From Octopus bimaculoides (lineage: Eukaryota), in assembly GCF_001194135.2 (NCBI RefSeq), contig NC_068981.1, positions 170,569,604-170,633,603 of the forward strand: DNA of 64,000 nucleotides, in the 5' to 3' direction. The notes below the pieces were generated by a model. The model did no database searches, was not told where the DNA came from, and worked only from the letters and a program-made list of their open reading frames with translations. Shown piece after piece: positions 24,697 through 36,949 of the stretch. The translations under genes were made by a program, and so were the position numbers. Numbering within the stretch: position 1 is the first letter of the stretch; each line of letters opens with the position of its first letter.

Positions 24697-25517
24697 NNNN
24701 NNNNNNNNNNNNNNNNNNNNNNNNNNNNNNNNNNNNNNNNNNNNNNNNNNNNNNNNNNNNNNNNNNNNNNNNNNNNNNNNNNNNNNNNNNNNNNNNNNNN
24801 NNNNNNNNNNNNNNNNNNNNNNNNNNNNNNNNNNNNNNNNNNNNNNNNNNNNNNNNNNNNNNNNNNNNNNNNNNNNNNNNNNNNNNNNNNNNNNNNNNNN
24901 NNNNNNNNNNNNNNNNNNNNNNNNNNNNNNNNNNNNNNNNNNNNNNNNNNNNNNNNNNNNNNNNNNNNNNNNNNNNNNNNNNNNNNNNNNNNNNNNNNNN
25001 NNNNNNNNNNNNNNNNNNNNNNNNNNNNNNNNNNNNNNNNNNNNNNNNNNNNNNNNNNNNNNNNNNNNNNNNNNNNNNNNNNNNNNNNNNNNNNNNNNNN
25101 NNNNNNNNNNNNNNNNNNNNNNNNNNNNNNNNNNNNNNNNNNNNNNNNNNNNNNNNNNNNNNNNNNNNNNNNNNNNNNNNNNNNNNNNNNNNNNNNNNNN
25201 NNNNNNNNNNNNNNNNNNNNNNNNNNNNNNNNNNNNNNNNNNNNNNNNNNNNNNNNNNNNNNNNNNNNNNNNNNNNNNNNNNNNNNNNNNNNNNNNNNNN
25301 NNNNNNNNNNNNNNNNNNNNNNNNNNNNNNNNNNNNNNNNNNNNNNNNNNNNNNNNNNNNNNNNNNNNNNNNNNNNNNNNNNNNNNNNNNNNNNNNNNNN
25401 NNNNNNNNNNGTTTTCCATACTTTACAGTTGAAAAAGTCTCAATGACTGAAACCGGTACTAAAATATTCTTCATGATAAAATTATTTTAGCATTTTCTAC
25501 GTTGACTTATTTTCCTG

Positions 25518-25559
<42 letters not shown>

Positions 25560-25676
25560 AAGTCGCTATTTGTCAACAGTTGTCAAATTTAAACATTAGA
25601 AAAGACATTTAAGAGATGAGGAATTATGTACATTATTTACATTTGCCGGATATTTGTCATCATCTTGTTTGTTGTT

Positions 25677-25722
25677 CACACAACTTTTCGGCTGAGAAAC
25701 CCTCCGGGCTTCATAAGAAGTC
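25677..25722 (-). ncRNA. Degenerate hammerhead remnant in the PLE 3' end (retains GAAA)
   Basis: Minus strand reads ...CTTATGA-A-GCCCG-GAGGGTTTCT-CAGCC-GAAAA-GTT-GTGT. Confidence 0.45.
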
Positions 25723-25751
25723 TTGGGGAAATTTATTATCATTATTATTCA

Positions 25752-25824
25752 GGTCACTGCCTGGAATCGAACTCGGAATCTTGAGCTTAGTAGCCCGGGC
25801 TCTTAACCACTACACCATATGCCC
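25752..25824 (-). ncRNA. tRNA-like (Pol III A/B box) module inside the PLE 3' end, left arm
   Basis: Minus strand reads GGGCATATGGTGTAGTGGTTAAGAGC...CCGAGTTCGATTCCAGGCAGTGACC, with A box TGGTGTAGTGG and B box GAGTTCGATTC. Confidence 0.65.
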
Positions 25825-27919
25825 ATGGACAATTCCGACGTGAACTTTTAGGGCTTATAAATCTAATATTTTCTTATCCTTCTTTAATACCGGTTCACAT
25901 ATACTATTCACATCTGCAATCGGTCTGCTTAGAAGGTTGTTGTGTCCTAGCATATGTGCTGCTTTTTTTAGTTTTCGTATTTTCCAGTGATGTTCTCTGT
26001 CTATTATTTTACCTTCATCACACCGGCGGAGGGGGTCTCCATTTTTCCATACATGATCACCTATACCATATTTTTCAATATATCCTGTTGTCACAGCTTT
26101 GGGATGTTCCTCTGTTATTATTTTGAGGGGCGGCATGTTTCGCATTTGCCTGGCCTACCACAGCTGTATGGGATGAATACACACTGTTTTTGGTCATATT
26201 CTCTTCTATTGGTTGTTTTACTTGAAGGAGATATTTGCCAAGTGTTCCATTACTCTTGAATACTGTTCTGATGTCATATCGGCTGCATATCTTTTGTGTC
26301 TTTTCAGAGAGGCCTTTCGCATTGGGTAGACAGACTGTGGTCAGTTTATCCGTTTCATCATCCCTTTTCTTCATAATTGGAGTGGATAGTATGTTTTGGG
26401 GGTAGTTGTTGCTTAATAGATTGTTATGGAGCTTGATCATTTCTTCATGGTGGGTATCACAATTGCTACTTATATTCTTTGCTCAATCTTTTAGGCACTG
26501 AGAAATCCCTGGATGGTGGGAATTGAAGTTGAGGTATCGTCCAGTGAAGGTCGGCTTGCGGTATACGGATGTCCTGAATCCATACTTAGTGCATGTTTTT
26601 AATACGTCCAGGACGGCAAGCTGATTGTCTTTTCCCTTTTCCATTGTGAACTGCATGGATGGCTTTATTGAGCTCACATGATCTAACAGCCCTCGGACAT
26701 CTTCCTGATGGGGCAGAGAATAAAGGTGCCATCAACATATCGCAGCCATAGGGTTGGTTTTAGTGCTGTTGATCCTAAAGCTACATTCTCAAAGTATTCC
26801 ATGTATATATTAGTTATAATCGGTGATAATGGCGAACCCATAGTTAAACCCTCTTTCTATCGATATATATCAGTGTCCATACTGAAGTAGGTAGTTTCTC
26901 TACAGAAGGTCAACATTTCCATCAAGTTTCTTATTGGTATGCTAGTGCATTCTTTTAGATGGATGACTGTCACTAGTTTCTCTTCAATCACCGATAGTGC
27001 TTCACCAGTTGGGACTTTGGTAAACAGACTTATCACATCTAGACTCACAATCTAGTTAGATTCAATGGGCGTATCCTTGATCAATTCTGTGAAGTGGGTG
27101 GTATTCTTCACGAACTATGTTGACTTTCTCGCTAATGGATGGATTATACCCACAAGGAAGCGGCTCAGCGGATGACATGCCGAACCACTACAGCTCACTA
27201 TAGGTCATAATGGAATACCTTTCTTGTGAATCTTAGGAAGACCGAAGATATGTGGTAGTTTACGGTAGTGTTTAGTCAGTTGTCTGTACTTCATTGGTGG
27301 AAAGTGATCCTTGTTCTTGGTCAAGATCTGTGACAACGTCCTCTCTCTTTTCAGAGTTGGGTCTGTCTTTACTTAGCTGTAGCTACCATCACTTAAAAGT
27401 CTGACTACTCGGAAAAATTACCCTATGGGAAAGGCCTCTCCGAAAGGATACAAAAGATATGCGGCACATATGACATCAGGACAGTATTCCAGTGTAATAC
27501 AACACTTCGCAAATATCTCCTTCGAGTAAAACAATCAATAGAGGAGACTGACAAAAAACAGCGTGTACTCCATCACTTGCAACTGTGACAGGTTATACAA
27601 AGGAGAAACATGCCTCCCCCTCACAATAATGGTAGAGGAACATCATAAATCTGTGACAAGAGGAGATATTGGTAAATCGGGTATAGGTGATCATGTATGG
27701 AAAAATGGAGACCACCTCGGCCGGTGGGATGAAGTTAAAATAATAAACAGAGAACACCACTGGAAAATATGAAAACGAAAAGAAGTAGCACATATACTAG
27801 GACACAACCTTCTAAGCAGACCGAGTGCAGATATGAAGAGCATATGGGAACCGGTATTAAAGAAGGATAGGAAAATATTAGATCTATAAGGCCTTAAAAT
27901 TCACTCCATAATTTTCCAT

Positions 27920-27992
27920 GGGCATATGGCGTAGTGGTTAAGAGCGCGGGCTACTAACCCCAAGATTCCGAGTTCGATTACAAGCAGTGACC
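27920..27992 (+). ncRNA. tRNA-like (Pol III A/B box) module inside the PLE 3' end, right arm
   Basis: GGGCATATGGCGTAGTGGTTAAGAGCGCGGG-CTACTAA-CCCCAAGATTCCGAGTTCGATTACAAGCAGTGACC. The acceptor stem is imperfect, so this is not a functional tRNA gene. Confidence 0.65.
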
Positions 27993-28070
27993 TGATTATT
28001 AATAATAGTAATAATAATAACATTTAAAAATACCTTAGGAATGGGAATCCAGGTTCGAAATTTCTCCAAG

Positions 28071-28109
28071 ACACCTGATGAAGGCTGGAGATTATATCAG
28101 ATTATGTGT
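28071..28109 (+). ncRNA. Degenerate hammerhead remnant in the PLE 3' end (retains CTGATGA)
   Basis: ACAC-CTGATGA-A-GGCTG-GAGATTATAT-CAG...GTGT. The GAAA segment is deleted relative to the left arm. Confidence 0.45.
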
Positions 28110-29668
28110 TAACAACAAACAAGATGAGGACAAATTTCCGGCAAATGTAAATAATGTAAATATTGTACATAATTCCTTATCTTTTAAATATAGAACTGTC
28201 TTTTCGAGTGTTTCAATTTGATAACTGTTGACAAATAGTGACTTAAATATATAGGATAACATCATAACATGATTTAGCCCTTCTTCACATGGAATTCCTT
28301 GCAGTAGAAAGCGAGATTACCTTGTGATATTTTCGCATCTGAAGTTTATTCTATGAAGCATAGTTCGCATATAATTTATCATATTCTTTTAATACATAGA
28401 CTGGAGAGCTTATAGACTGCAAAACTGAGAATATGATATAAATATACTTTTCTCAAGGCATTGTTAATGTAAATTAATTGAAATCTTTCCACCTGAGAAT
28501 CAAAACCAAGATGCAAACTCGTCTTACTGTGAAATTTATGGTATTGAATTCTGGCACTATAATAACTTGTTATATGTATATAAGTGTATGTATTATAATA
28601 AGCTTTCAGCAATCATTATATGTCATGCATTCTGAATAAAATTTATTGCCCAAAGCAAAATATAGAAACTTCCATGAATAATTACACATGTCGCAATTCT
28701 CGATTAGAATATACCATACGTCAGAAATGAAATAATAATGCGAAGAACAATACAGGCGTTATAAATATATCCTACGTAAACTTTTGTGTTTGAAAGTAAC
28801 TGCAATAATACTGAAATATCTACTGTTGAAATATATTTGTGTGTACTTAACTAATGTTAACGAAGCCACACAACAGTACCATCAAAATATTCTCAGTATA
28901 TCAAACACTCACATACGCTGAAGTAATCATTGCAGATCCAAATCGCTAGAAGTCTAGAGAAATGCTTCAGAAATCTCGTTAGGAAGAAAGTGATGCATGA
29001 TTATTTTGCAAATATTCATGAATTGATCAAAATAAAATATACAAGACAGCTAGTAGTGTATTTCTCATGTATTTTCCATTTAAAGTCAAATATCAGATTT
29101 CGAGATATGTCGTGTGACACAAAGAAACACCTTAGTAAGATACTGATTGAAACATGAGGAAGTAAAGCTAGTTATAAAGATTAAGGCCTGAAAGCTAATA
29201 TATTCGGCTCACATTCTTACATGGTATTAAAATCTTAATTCTAATATAGATGATAGCCTACGTCAGAATTAACATTAGTAGCGAATCTGAAAATCCGTAT
29301 CTAATCTCCCATCGATGACAATAACTAATTACTTCTACATAGGCATTAATCGATAATGCCTATATCAGTATCTAATTATTTCTATATCTAAACGGACTTA
29401 CTTCATAATTAATATCAATATCCATGGAAACATGTTTTATTATAATCTTCCTAAATGCTATCAATACACGAGTGTTGCGATACATGTTTTAGATATTATA
29501 TCTAATCTAACTAATCTAGTGAAACACATCAAATATATTGAAGTAAACGAGCGCACACGGGGACGCATACTTAAAGTAACATATATTCACGCACGCACAG
29601 AAACATGCCGGTGTGTATGAATACATGCATATGTGAATGTATGTGTATGTGTGTGTACACGTGTATGT

Positions 29669-29699
<31 letters not shown>

Positions 29700-29710
<11 letters not shown>

Positions 29711-29829
29711 TGCGCGCGTGTACAATCAGATATACATGTTTGTATACGTATTTTTACATTTCCGACTAGAAAACACCGATGTATATATGCGTAGGTCTTT
29801 GTTTATGTGTCTATTTGAGTTTGTGTGTT

Positions 29830-29876
<47 letters not shown>

Positions 29877-29995
29877 TGCGCGCGTGTACAATCAGATATA
29901 CATGTTTGTATACGTATTTTTACATTTCCGACTAGAAAACACCGATGTATATATGCGTAGGTCTTTGTTTATGTGTCTATTTGAGTTTGTGTGTT

Positions 29996-30036
<41 letters not shown>
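29700..30036 (+). repeat. Tandem duplication, period 166 bp, bounded by (GT)n
   Basis: TACAATCAGATATACATG...CTATTTGAGTTTGTGTGTTTG occurs identically at 29721 and 29887. Confidence 0.92.
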
Positions 30037-30041
<5 letters not shown>

Positions 30042-31344
30042 TGTATATATGTGTGTGTCTGTATTTGTGGGTATGTATTTGTGTATCCAAGGAAAATACC
30101 CGTGTTTCACACGTTTAGATGTTACTAGAAATGGTTCAAAATAACACCTAATGAAGGCAAGTTCGTTTTACAGGTCACTATTGTATTATTTTGGCATGTT
30201 TTCTTTCATGTAAGTAATGAAAATGTTTTGAAGTATGCGTATGACAGACACATCTTTCGTACTGTACCAATCATTATGCATATGAAATAAGAAAACTTGA
30301 TGAAGTGAATATGAAAATAAGTGTATTTCATTTGAAACTGTTATTCACCATTGAATATTACATTTCATTCATGAAAATCAAAACATAAATATTGGGGGAT
30401 GAGACAAAAATGGAAATATCATTCTTATATTCATATCCAATACATATCGAAATTTTAGAAAAACCCTGGACATTACAACCTCAATATATGCGGTGCCAAA
30501 CGCATGATATTAAAATCGCGATGACACGCAGCTCCTGTCACCATCACGGCAACGTTTCACCACAATTTACTACAAACGCCAAAATTTTCAATCTCTCTGG
30601 CTGTAGCAAAAGAAACATCAATAGAGGACACACAAATGCAAACACTTATATACTCATATATATANNNNNNNNNNNNNNNNNNNNNNNNNNNNNNNNNNNN
30701 NNNNNNNNNNNNNNNNNNNNNNNNNNNNNNNNNNNNNNNNNNNNNNNNNNNNNNNNNNNNNNNNNNNNNNNNNNNNNNNNNNNNNNNNNNNNNNNNNNNN
30801 NNNNNNNNNNNNNNNNNNNNNNNNNNNNNNNNNNNNNNNNNNNNNNNNNNNNNNNNNNNNNNNATATATATATATATACATTTAATACACAAACACATGC
30901 ACGCATACACACACACGCACACATAAGCACACGCACGCACATATATAATATCAGCACGTACTCAGTGTGTGTGTTTTGCTTGTTAGCCGGAACGCTGACG
31001 TATAATGCTTTGGGAACGATTCCCTTGTAGCCTTGGATGCTAAAGCACCTAAATCGAGCTTGGGACGAACTGAATCACCCATCTGTCACTATACATAATT
31101 ACGGTAAGGCCCCCAAAATGACGAAATATAGATATCCATCGCACCTGAATGGGATTGCAGGCGAGTTGCCTCGCCTCTCTATGACTTTCAATGTTTTATC
31201 ATACATTACTATGAGGAAGTCATCCCCAAAGCGCTATCATGTCGTCGCCACACTATAAACTTCTTTGCACAAGGCAACAGAAGTTACCGTGGCTTGACTA
31301 AGAAATTTTGATGCTCCGACCGTTTTCGCCCTATTTTGCAGCAC

Positions 31345-31852
31345 TTGAGAGAGCCAAAAATTGGTATGACCAGAAAACCGAAGGCATCGTCAAAAATAGG
31401 AATGCAAAGATCTTATGAGATTTTATGATTCAGTGCGAGCATGAGATAGATAATAGGATGCCGGACATAGTCTTAATTGAGAAATAAAACAAACTATGGT
31501 GGATCATAGATACAGCATGCCCAGCTGACAACAATGAATGCGATAAGGAAGAAAGGAAAGTTGAGAGATATGACAGGTTAGGTTGGGAAGTTAAGCAGTT
31601 GTGGTCGATGAAAAAGGTAGCAGTAGCACCCATAATTGTCGCAGCCTTGGGGACAGTGAGCAAAAAATCTCGAGAAGTTCGTGGAACATATAGGGATTCC
31701 GATAAAGGTGGAGCATTTGCAGAAAATAGCACTGCTTGGAACTGTTCGAATAATCCGAAAGGTTCTCGAAAAATAAGAAGTATTACTTTAGTTTACTGGT
31801 AGTGAACAGCTGACACTGTAGTACATCTCCAGCGTTAAAAGCTGTGCAAAGC
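31345..31852 (+). mobile_element. 3' end of an RLE-type non-LTR retrotransposon (R4/Dong-like) with restriction-like endonuclease domain
   Basis: KNWYDQKTEG..AKIL*DFMIQ..RMPDIVLIEK..WIIDTACP..KEERKVERYDRL..LWSMKKVAVAPIIVAALGTV..EHLQKIALLGTVRIIRKVLEK*. This is the PD-(D/E) RLE signature; a (GAA)n tract follows. Confidence 0.88.
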
Positions 31853-31909
31853 CAAGAAGAAGAAGAAGAAGAAGAAGAAGAAGAAGAAGAAGAAGAAGAA
31901 GAAGAAGAA
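31853..31909. repeat. (GAA)n microsatellite abutting gap 31910-32460
   Basis: Direct tandem units. Confidence 0.97.
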
Positions 31910-32599
31910 NNNNNNNNNNNNNNNNNNNNNNNNNNNNNNNNNNNNNNNNNNNNNNNNNNNNNNNNNNNNNNNNNNNNNNNNNNNNNNNNNNNNNNNNNNN
32001 NNNNNNNNNNNNNNNNNNNNNNNNNNNNNNNNNNNNNNNNNNNNNNNNNNNNNNNNNNNNNNNNNNNNNNNNNNNNNNNNNNNNNNNNNNNNNNNNNNNN
32101 NNNNNNNNNNNNNNNNNNNNNNNNNNNNNNNNNNNNNNNNNNNNNNNNNNNNNNNNNNNNNNNNNNNNNNNNNNNNNNNNNNNNNNNNNNNNNNNNNNNN
32201 NNNNNNNNNNNNNNNNNNNNNNNNNNNNNNNNNNNNNNNNNNNNNNNNNNNNNNNNNNNNNNNNNNNNNNNNNNNNNNNNNNNNNNNNNNNNNNNNNNNN
32301 NNNNNNNNNNNNNNNNNNNNNNNNNNNNNNNNNNNNNNNNNNNNNNNNNNNNNNNNNNNNNNNNNNNNNNNNNNNNNNNNNNNNNNNNNNNNNNNNNNNN
32401 NNNNNNNNNNNNNNNNNNNNNNNNNNNNNNNNNNNNNNNNNNNNNNNNNNNNNNNNNNNNAAATAATAATTATTGTAACCTTCTACTAAAGAAAAAGAAT
32501 AACAAGAAGAAGGGGAGTAAAATTAAAAACAAAAATGAGAAGAATATGAATAACAAAATAGTGAGGAAGAAACTTATACTATGCGTGAAAAAAACATTA

Positions 32600-33400
32600 T
32601 TGGGTGAGGAAAATGAAAATGAGAATAAGGAAAATTTGGAAAAAGCTATATGAATCATAATTCCCTTCGCGAAACAATTAAAGACTAATTTTGTTCAATC
32701 TATTAGGCAGATTATAAATAAAAACATTAACAACATTAGATATGGAAAAATATTTAATGGCAAATATATAAGATTTGGATTCTCTGTTTCCCAAAATCTC
32801 TTTAGGATAATATCATCGATAAATAACAGAAAACTTGATCAATTCTCCGAAAATAAAAAAAAAAGAAACAGAAACGAATAGAAAAACTTATAACAAAAAG
32901 GTAGAAGAAAATAGGAAGAACATGCGAATAACTGTAAGAACACCTTCATAGACAAAACGAAATATAATCTGCAACTGAAAATAGTACTACAAATTCCATG
33001 GAAAATGAATACTTTAATTGTAAAGGCTCTGAAAGATGTCGTATACCAGGTGACTCTAGCTACCCAGGATAGGAGAAACGGAGAAATGAGTTAAATTTAG
33101 AATAGCGAATCATGAATCGACATTTAGGGACTAAAATGAAATGCCTAGTACAGAATTATCAAGAAAAATATGGCAACTGAAAGGAAATAAAATTAACTAT
33201 ATAATTAAATGGAAGATTTTAGCACACGAACCAAGTTACAAAATTAATAATAAATTCTGTAGATTATGCGTGGAAGGAAACTATAAAATAATGAAAATAA
33301 AAAGAAACCTTATTAACATGAGAAATAGAAACGTACTCTCATGTAAACACATAACCAAGTATCTATTTATTAAACTTAAGTAAAGTATAAATGGGATTTG
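32600..33400 (+). mobile_element. Penelope-like element C-terminal fossil (Neptune-type)
   Basis: I*IIIPFAKQLKTNFVQ...KIFNGKYIRFGFSVSQNLFRIISSINNRKL and STELSRKIWQLK...IKWKIL..PSYKINNKFCRLC..LINMRN..SCKH match my recalled Neptune-type PLE C-terminus (TELSK.IW.LK...I.W.I...C.LC..E...L.N.R.E....C.H). Confidence 0.75.
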
Positions 33401-33844
33401 ATGTCAGATAAAAATTAAAATCCAATTTTAAAACTATATATATTTTTTCATGAATATATTAAATTAATAGCTGAAATTAGGCATTAGAATAGGAGTATGA
33501 TAGGTAACAAGAACACTATAAAGGCTAAATAGTCAGGAAAATATAATAGAAATTATACTCAACTAAATTGATTATCACTATATGAATATATTTGATATCA
33601 GACAGCATATGTATATGTTTATGTATGCATAGATGCATATGTATGCATGTATGCATGTATGTATATGTATATGTTTATGTGAGTATAGAAAAAATGTATA
33701 CAGGTATATGCACCTATTTCCAGGGAAGTTTATTTTTATCTATTTGATGCGTTCCTGCTCCATAGCGCTTTCTCTCTCATCGTTTCTCTAATTCTCTTTT
33801 TTCCTTCCCTACACCATTTTCTATCTGTCTCTCTCTCTTCCTGT

Positions 33845-33973
<129 letters not shown>

Positions 33974-34223
33974 CTCACACGTGACTATCGTCCATCTTTC
34001 TCTGCCTCAAGTGATCATCTTTCTTTTCTTTCAGGACTGTCTTAAGGACAGTACGTATCCTATCTCTCTCTTCTATCTTTTCTTTTGTCAAAGAAAATAT
34101 TTCTCCAGCGTTCGCTATTTTACCCTCGTTCGGTTTCCTGGGATATCTCCACTGTCCTGGTTTTGTTCCCAACTTTGACCCTTCATAAATCCCAAATTAT
34201 ATTTTGGTACTTATGGGAGCAAC

Positions 34224-34422
34224 TGTCTTTGAAGACTCAGATTGTCATTCAATGCTCGAAATGAGTAGTAGATAGATAGCTGACAACTGAAGAAGTGTCG
34301 TTCTTTATGTTACTTGTCCTGATTTCATTTCTCTCGTTTGTGGATTGAACTCATTTCCTTTCGTATTTCATGTTGTTTACTGTTGGAGACGTCCTGTACC
34401 CATATATGCATGTGAGTATATA
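34224..34422 (+). repeat. Copy 1 of a ~199 bp near-identical direct repeat (partner 35207-35405), possibly a retroelement 3' terminus
   Basis: Only two substitutions are seen between the copies; period 983 bp; both end in a GTATATAT run. Confidence 0.9.
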
Positions 34423-35206
34423 TATACATATATATTATTTATATTATTATTTAATTGAACGCCCCGCACCCATTTCCAATAAGTTAATATTTAAAATATC
34501 TATATGGTTCGACTATATTATATGAGAGTTATTATTTCTGGGAGAAAATATGTATGCAAGTATACAGCGATAAAATTAATTCATGAAGAAATAAGCTATG
34601 TTATAGGATCACAATAATCAATATTGAAATAAATAATTGAAGAAATCCTCTCTATTATATTAGGATTTCTGGACCATGTAGTATACAAATTTATATTATG
34701 TTGATGACATACATTCATTTTTTTATGTTGTATTGGTTAATGTAATTATGAACTGTATATATGTGTATGTGTGGTTGATACGTATAGGTGCGCAGTCAGA
34801 TAAAAAATATATGATTGCATATGCTAGTATGTTTATATATTAAGAAATTAGTGCTTGTTAATAAGCACAGACGTACATGGATCTATATGTGAAAAAATAT
34901 GTGTGTATGAGCATATATCAAAAAATATATGTATATGTATGTGAATATGTAGGTATATATTAAATATATATATATATANNNNNNNNNNNNNNNNNNNNNN
35001 NNNNNNNNNNNNNNNNNNNATATGGTGGTTGTCTACTCCTTAAACAGAGTTTGACCACCTCCTGCACCTACACCTTAGCCCTTTCATGGCGTCTGATGTG
35101 GCTTTTTAAACCAGACAGTGTTTTGAAAAAACACCCACACAGATTGCACCTCTGATTTGCACTACCAATACCTGCAAGTAAGTTCTGCTCATTGTGGATC
35201 CTAACA

Positions 35207-35405
35207 TGTCTTTTAAGACTCAGATTGTCATTCAATGCTCGAAATGAGTAGTAGATAGATAGCTGACAACTGAAGAAGTGTCGTTCTTTATGTTACTTGT
35301 CCTGATTTCATTTCTCTCGTTTGCGGATTGAACTCATTTCCTTTCGTATTTCATGTTGTTTACTGTTGGAGACGTCCTGTACCCATATATGCATGTGAGT
35401 ATATA
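35207..35405 (+). repeat. Copy 2 of the ~199 bp direct repeat
   Basis: See 34224-34422. Confidence 0.9.
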
Positions 35406-36907
35406 TGTATATAATGATAAAACTTGTAACTTTATTTAGATTTTATTTTAGATATTAAAGCGTCATATTTAGAATTATAATAATGTGATAATTAGTTATT
35501 TAGTTATTTTACCAAAAACAATCCCCTATTATTTCCTCTTCGTGACGGAGACAAACTAATGATAACTGGAATTAACAATGGAATCAATTTGAATATAGGT
35601 AGGAAATGTTATCTCCCCTTATATTGAAAATAATAATATAAGAGTAAGGATTAATACATTGGTTTAAAACATTTTTTAAAAATAATATATATTACTAATA
35701 CTGCGGAATTAATATAACAAATAAGAAATTGATGAAATGCATCATTTTATGGAAGCGTATAAAGTAATGACAAGGTAAATAAGTATATTTGGGTTGTGTC
35801 AATTACGAAAGGAATATGCTTATCCAAAAAGTAGGCTTAGAATCATAGAATACAAAAATATATATTTTAATGGGTGATATTTTTAACTAAATATATGAAG
35901 CTATTAATTTAAAGATAATTAATGTAATTAAATAATAGTATTATGAATTAATTGAATTTACTACATGTAAAGAACAGGAAAAACTATCGATAGATCGTAT
36001 ATTGTTGCTTCTAACTAAAAATATGGCGTTGAAAATGTATATGAGATATGATACATGGCAGTTACTAAAATGTTAAATAGGATACGGTTTTATTTAAAAA
36101 ATAGATATAACCCCTTATATGGTATGTTTTATTGTCCTCTATTACATTTTCGTTCCGTTTTTAATATTTATATATACATATAGCGGTGCATGTACACTTT
36201 TGCTCACTTTGTAGTAAGTATGCATCCAAATTTTGTACGGTTCTCTTACCATGTCTTTAAGTCCCCCTCACACTTTCTTCCTCTTCTCTTTTTCTCGCCC
36301 ACCTTCACTCACATTTCTTGGCTCTCTCTTTCTTTAACTCCTACTTTCCTCCTCATTTATCTCCCCTGTACCTTTTCCTTTGTGTCTTTGATTTTTCTAC
36401 TCCTTCACTCCACTTCCCCCTACCACTTTCTCCTCCAACGTGGTCCAGTTTTCGGCCTGCCATGGTCTTTCTTATTTGGCCTGACTACCGACAGCCAAAA
36501 CCACTTGTGTTCATATCCTATGTTCCTGCCTTAAGGCTTTCAAATTATACACGCCAGCTAGATTTCATTCGTCCTCAGTCGAAATACACCTGTTGTTATA
36601 TTCTTGGTGTTCGATTTGTAATGGTGTAACACGTTCTCCGTCATTTGTCTTTGTTGTCGTACATATTCGCTTGCTTTCTTACAAAAAATCGAATGCTCTT
36701 AGCTTAGACTATATAGGGGCAACCAGATCGAGCAGTTTAAAGTGGAACTGCACGAAAATGTAGGGACGTTTGTAACTTGACGAAAGAAAATCACGAATGA
36801 ACCGTCCTTTTTTTTTCCTGTTCCTTTAATTGTTAATTTTCCTGTCCGCCTTGTATCGTCTGCGTGTCCTGATGTTTTGGTGTCCTGTATATAGTTTTTG
36901 TCCCATT

Positions 36908-36949
<42 letters not shown>

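Larger units (their letters stand above)
25559..27418 (-). mobile_element. Penelope-like element (Poseidon-type), 5'-truncated, RT + GIY-YIG, pseudogenised
   Basis: Minus frames give LPHIFGLPKIHKKGIPL*PIVSCSGS, VSLDVISLFTKVP, MGSPLSP, WLRYVDG, VYRKPTFTGRYLNFNSHHP, TVCLP..KGLSEK and KNSVYS...EHPKAV..IGDHVWKNG. These are ordered PLE RT, thumb and GIY-YIG motifs, with stops and frameshifts. Confidence 0.93.
27419..28245 (+). mobile_element. Inverted second copy of the PLE 3' portion (GIY-YIG + 3' end)
   Basis: Reverse-complement homolog of 25559-26332. Translates as YSITCNCDRLYKGETCLPLTIMVEEHHKSVTRGDIGKSGIGDHVWKNG, a GIY-YIG (YxGET..L..R..EH) motif. Confidence 0.92.

Noticed and set aside
27920-27992. 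Apparent tRNA-Ser(ACT) gene, and other tRNA-like heads at 44500-44566, 54259 and 59475
   Set aside because: The acceptor and anticodon stems are imperfect and each is embedded in a repeat body; these are tRNA-derived modules, not tRNA genes.
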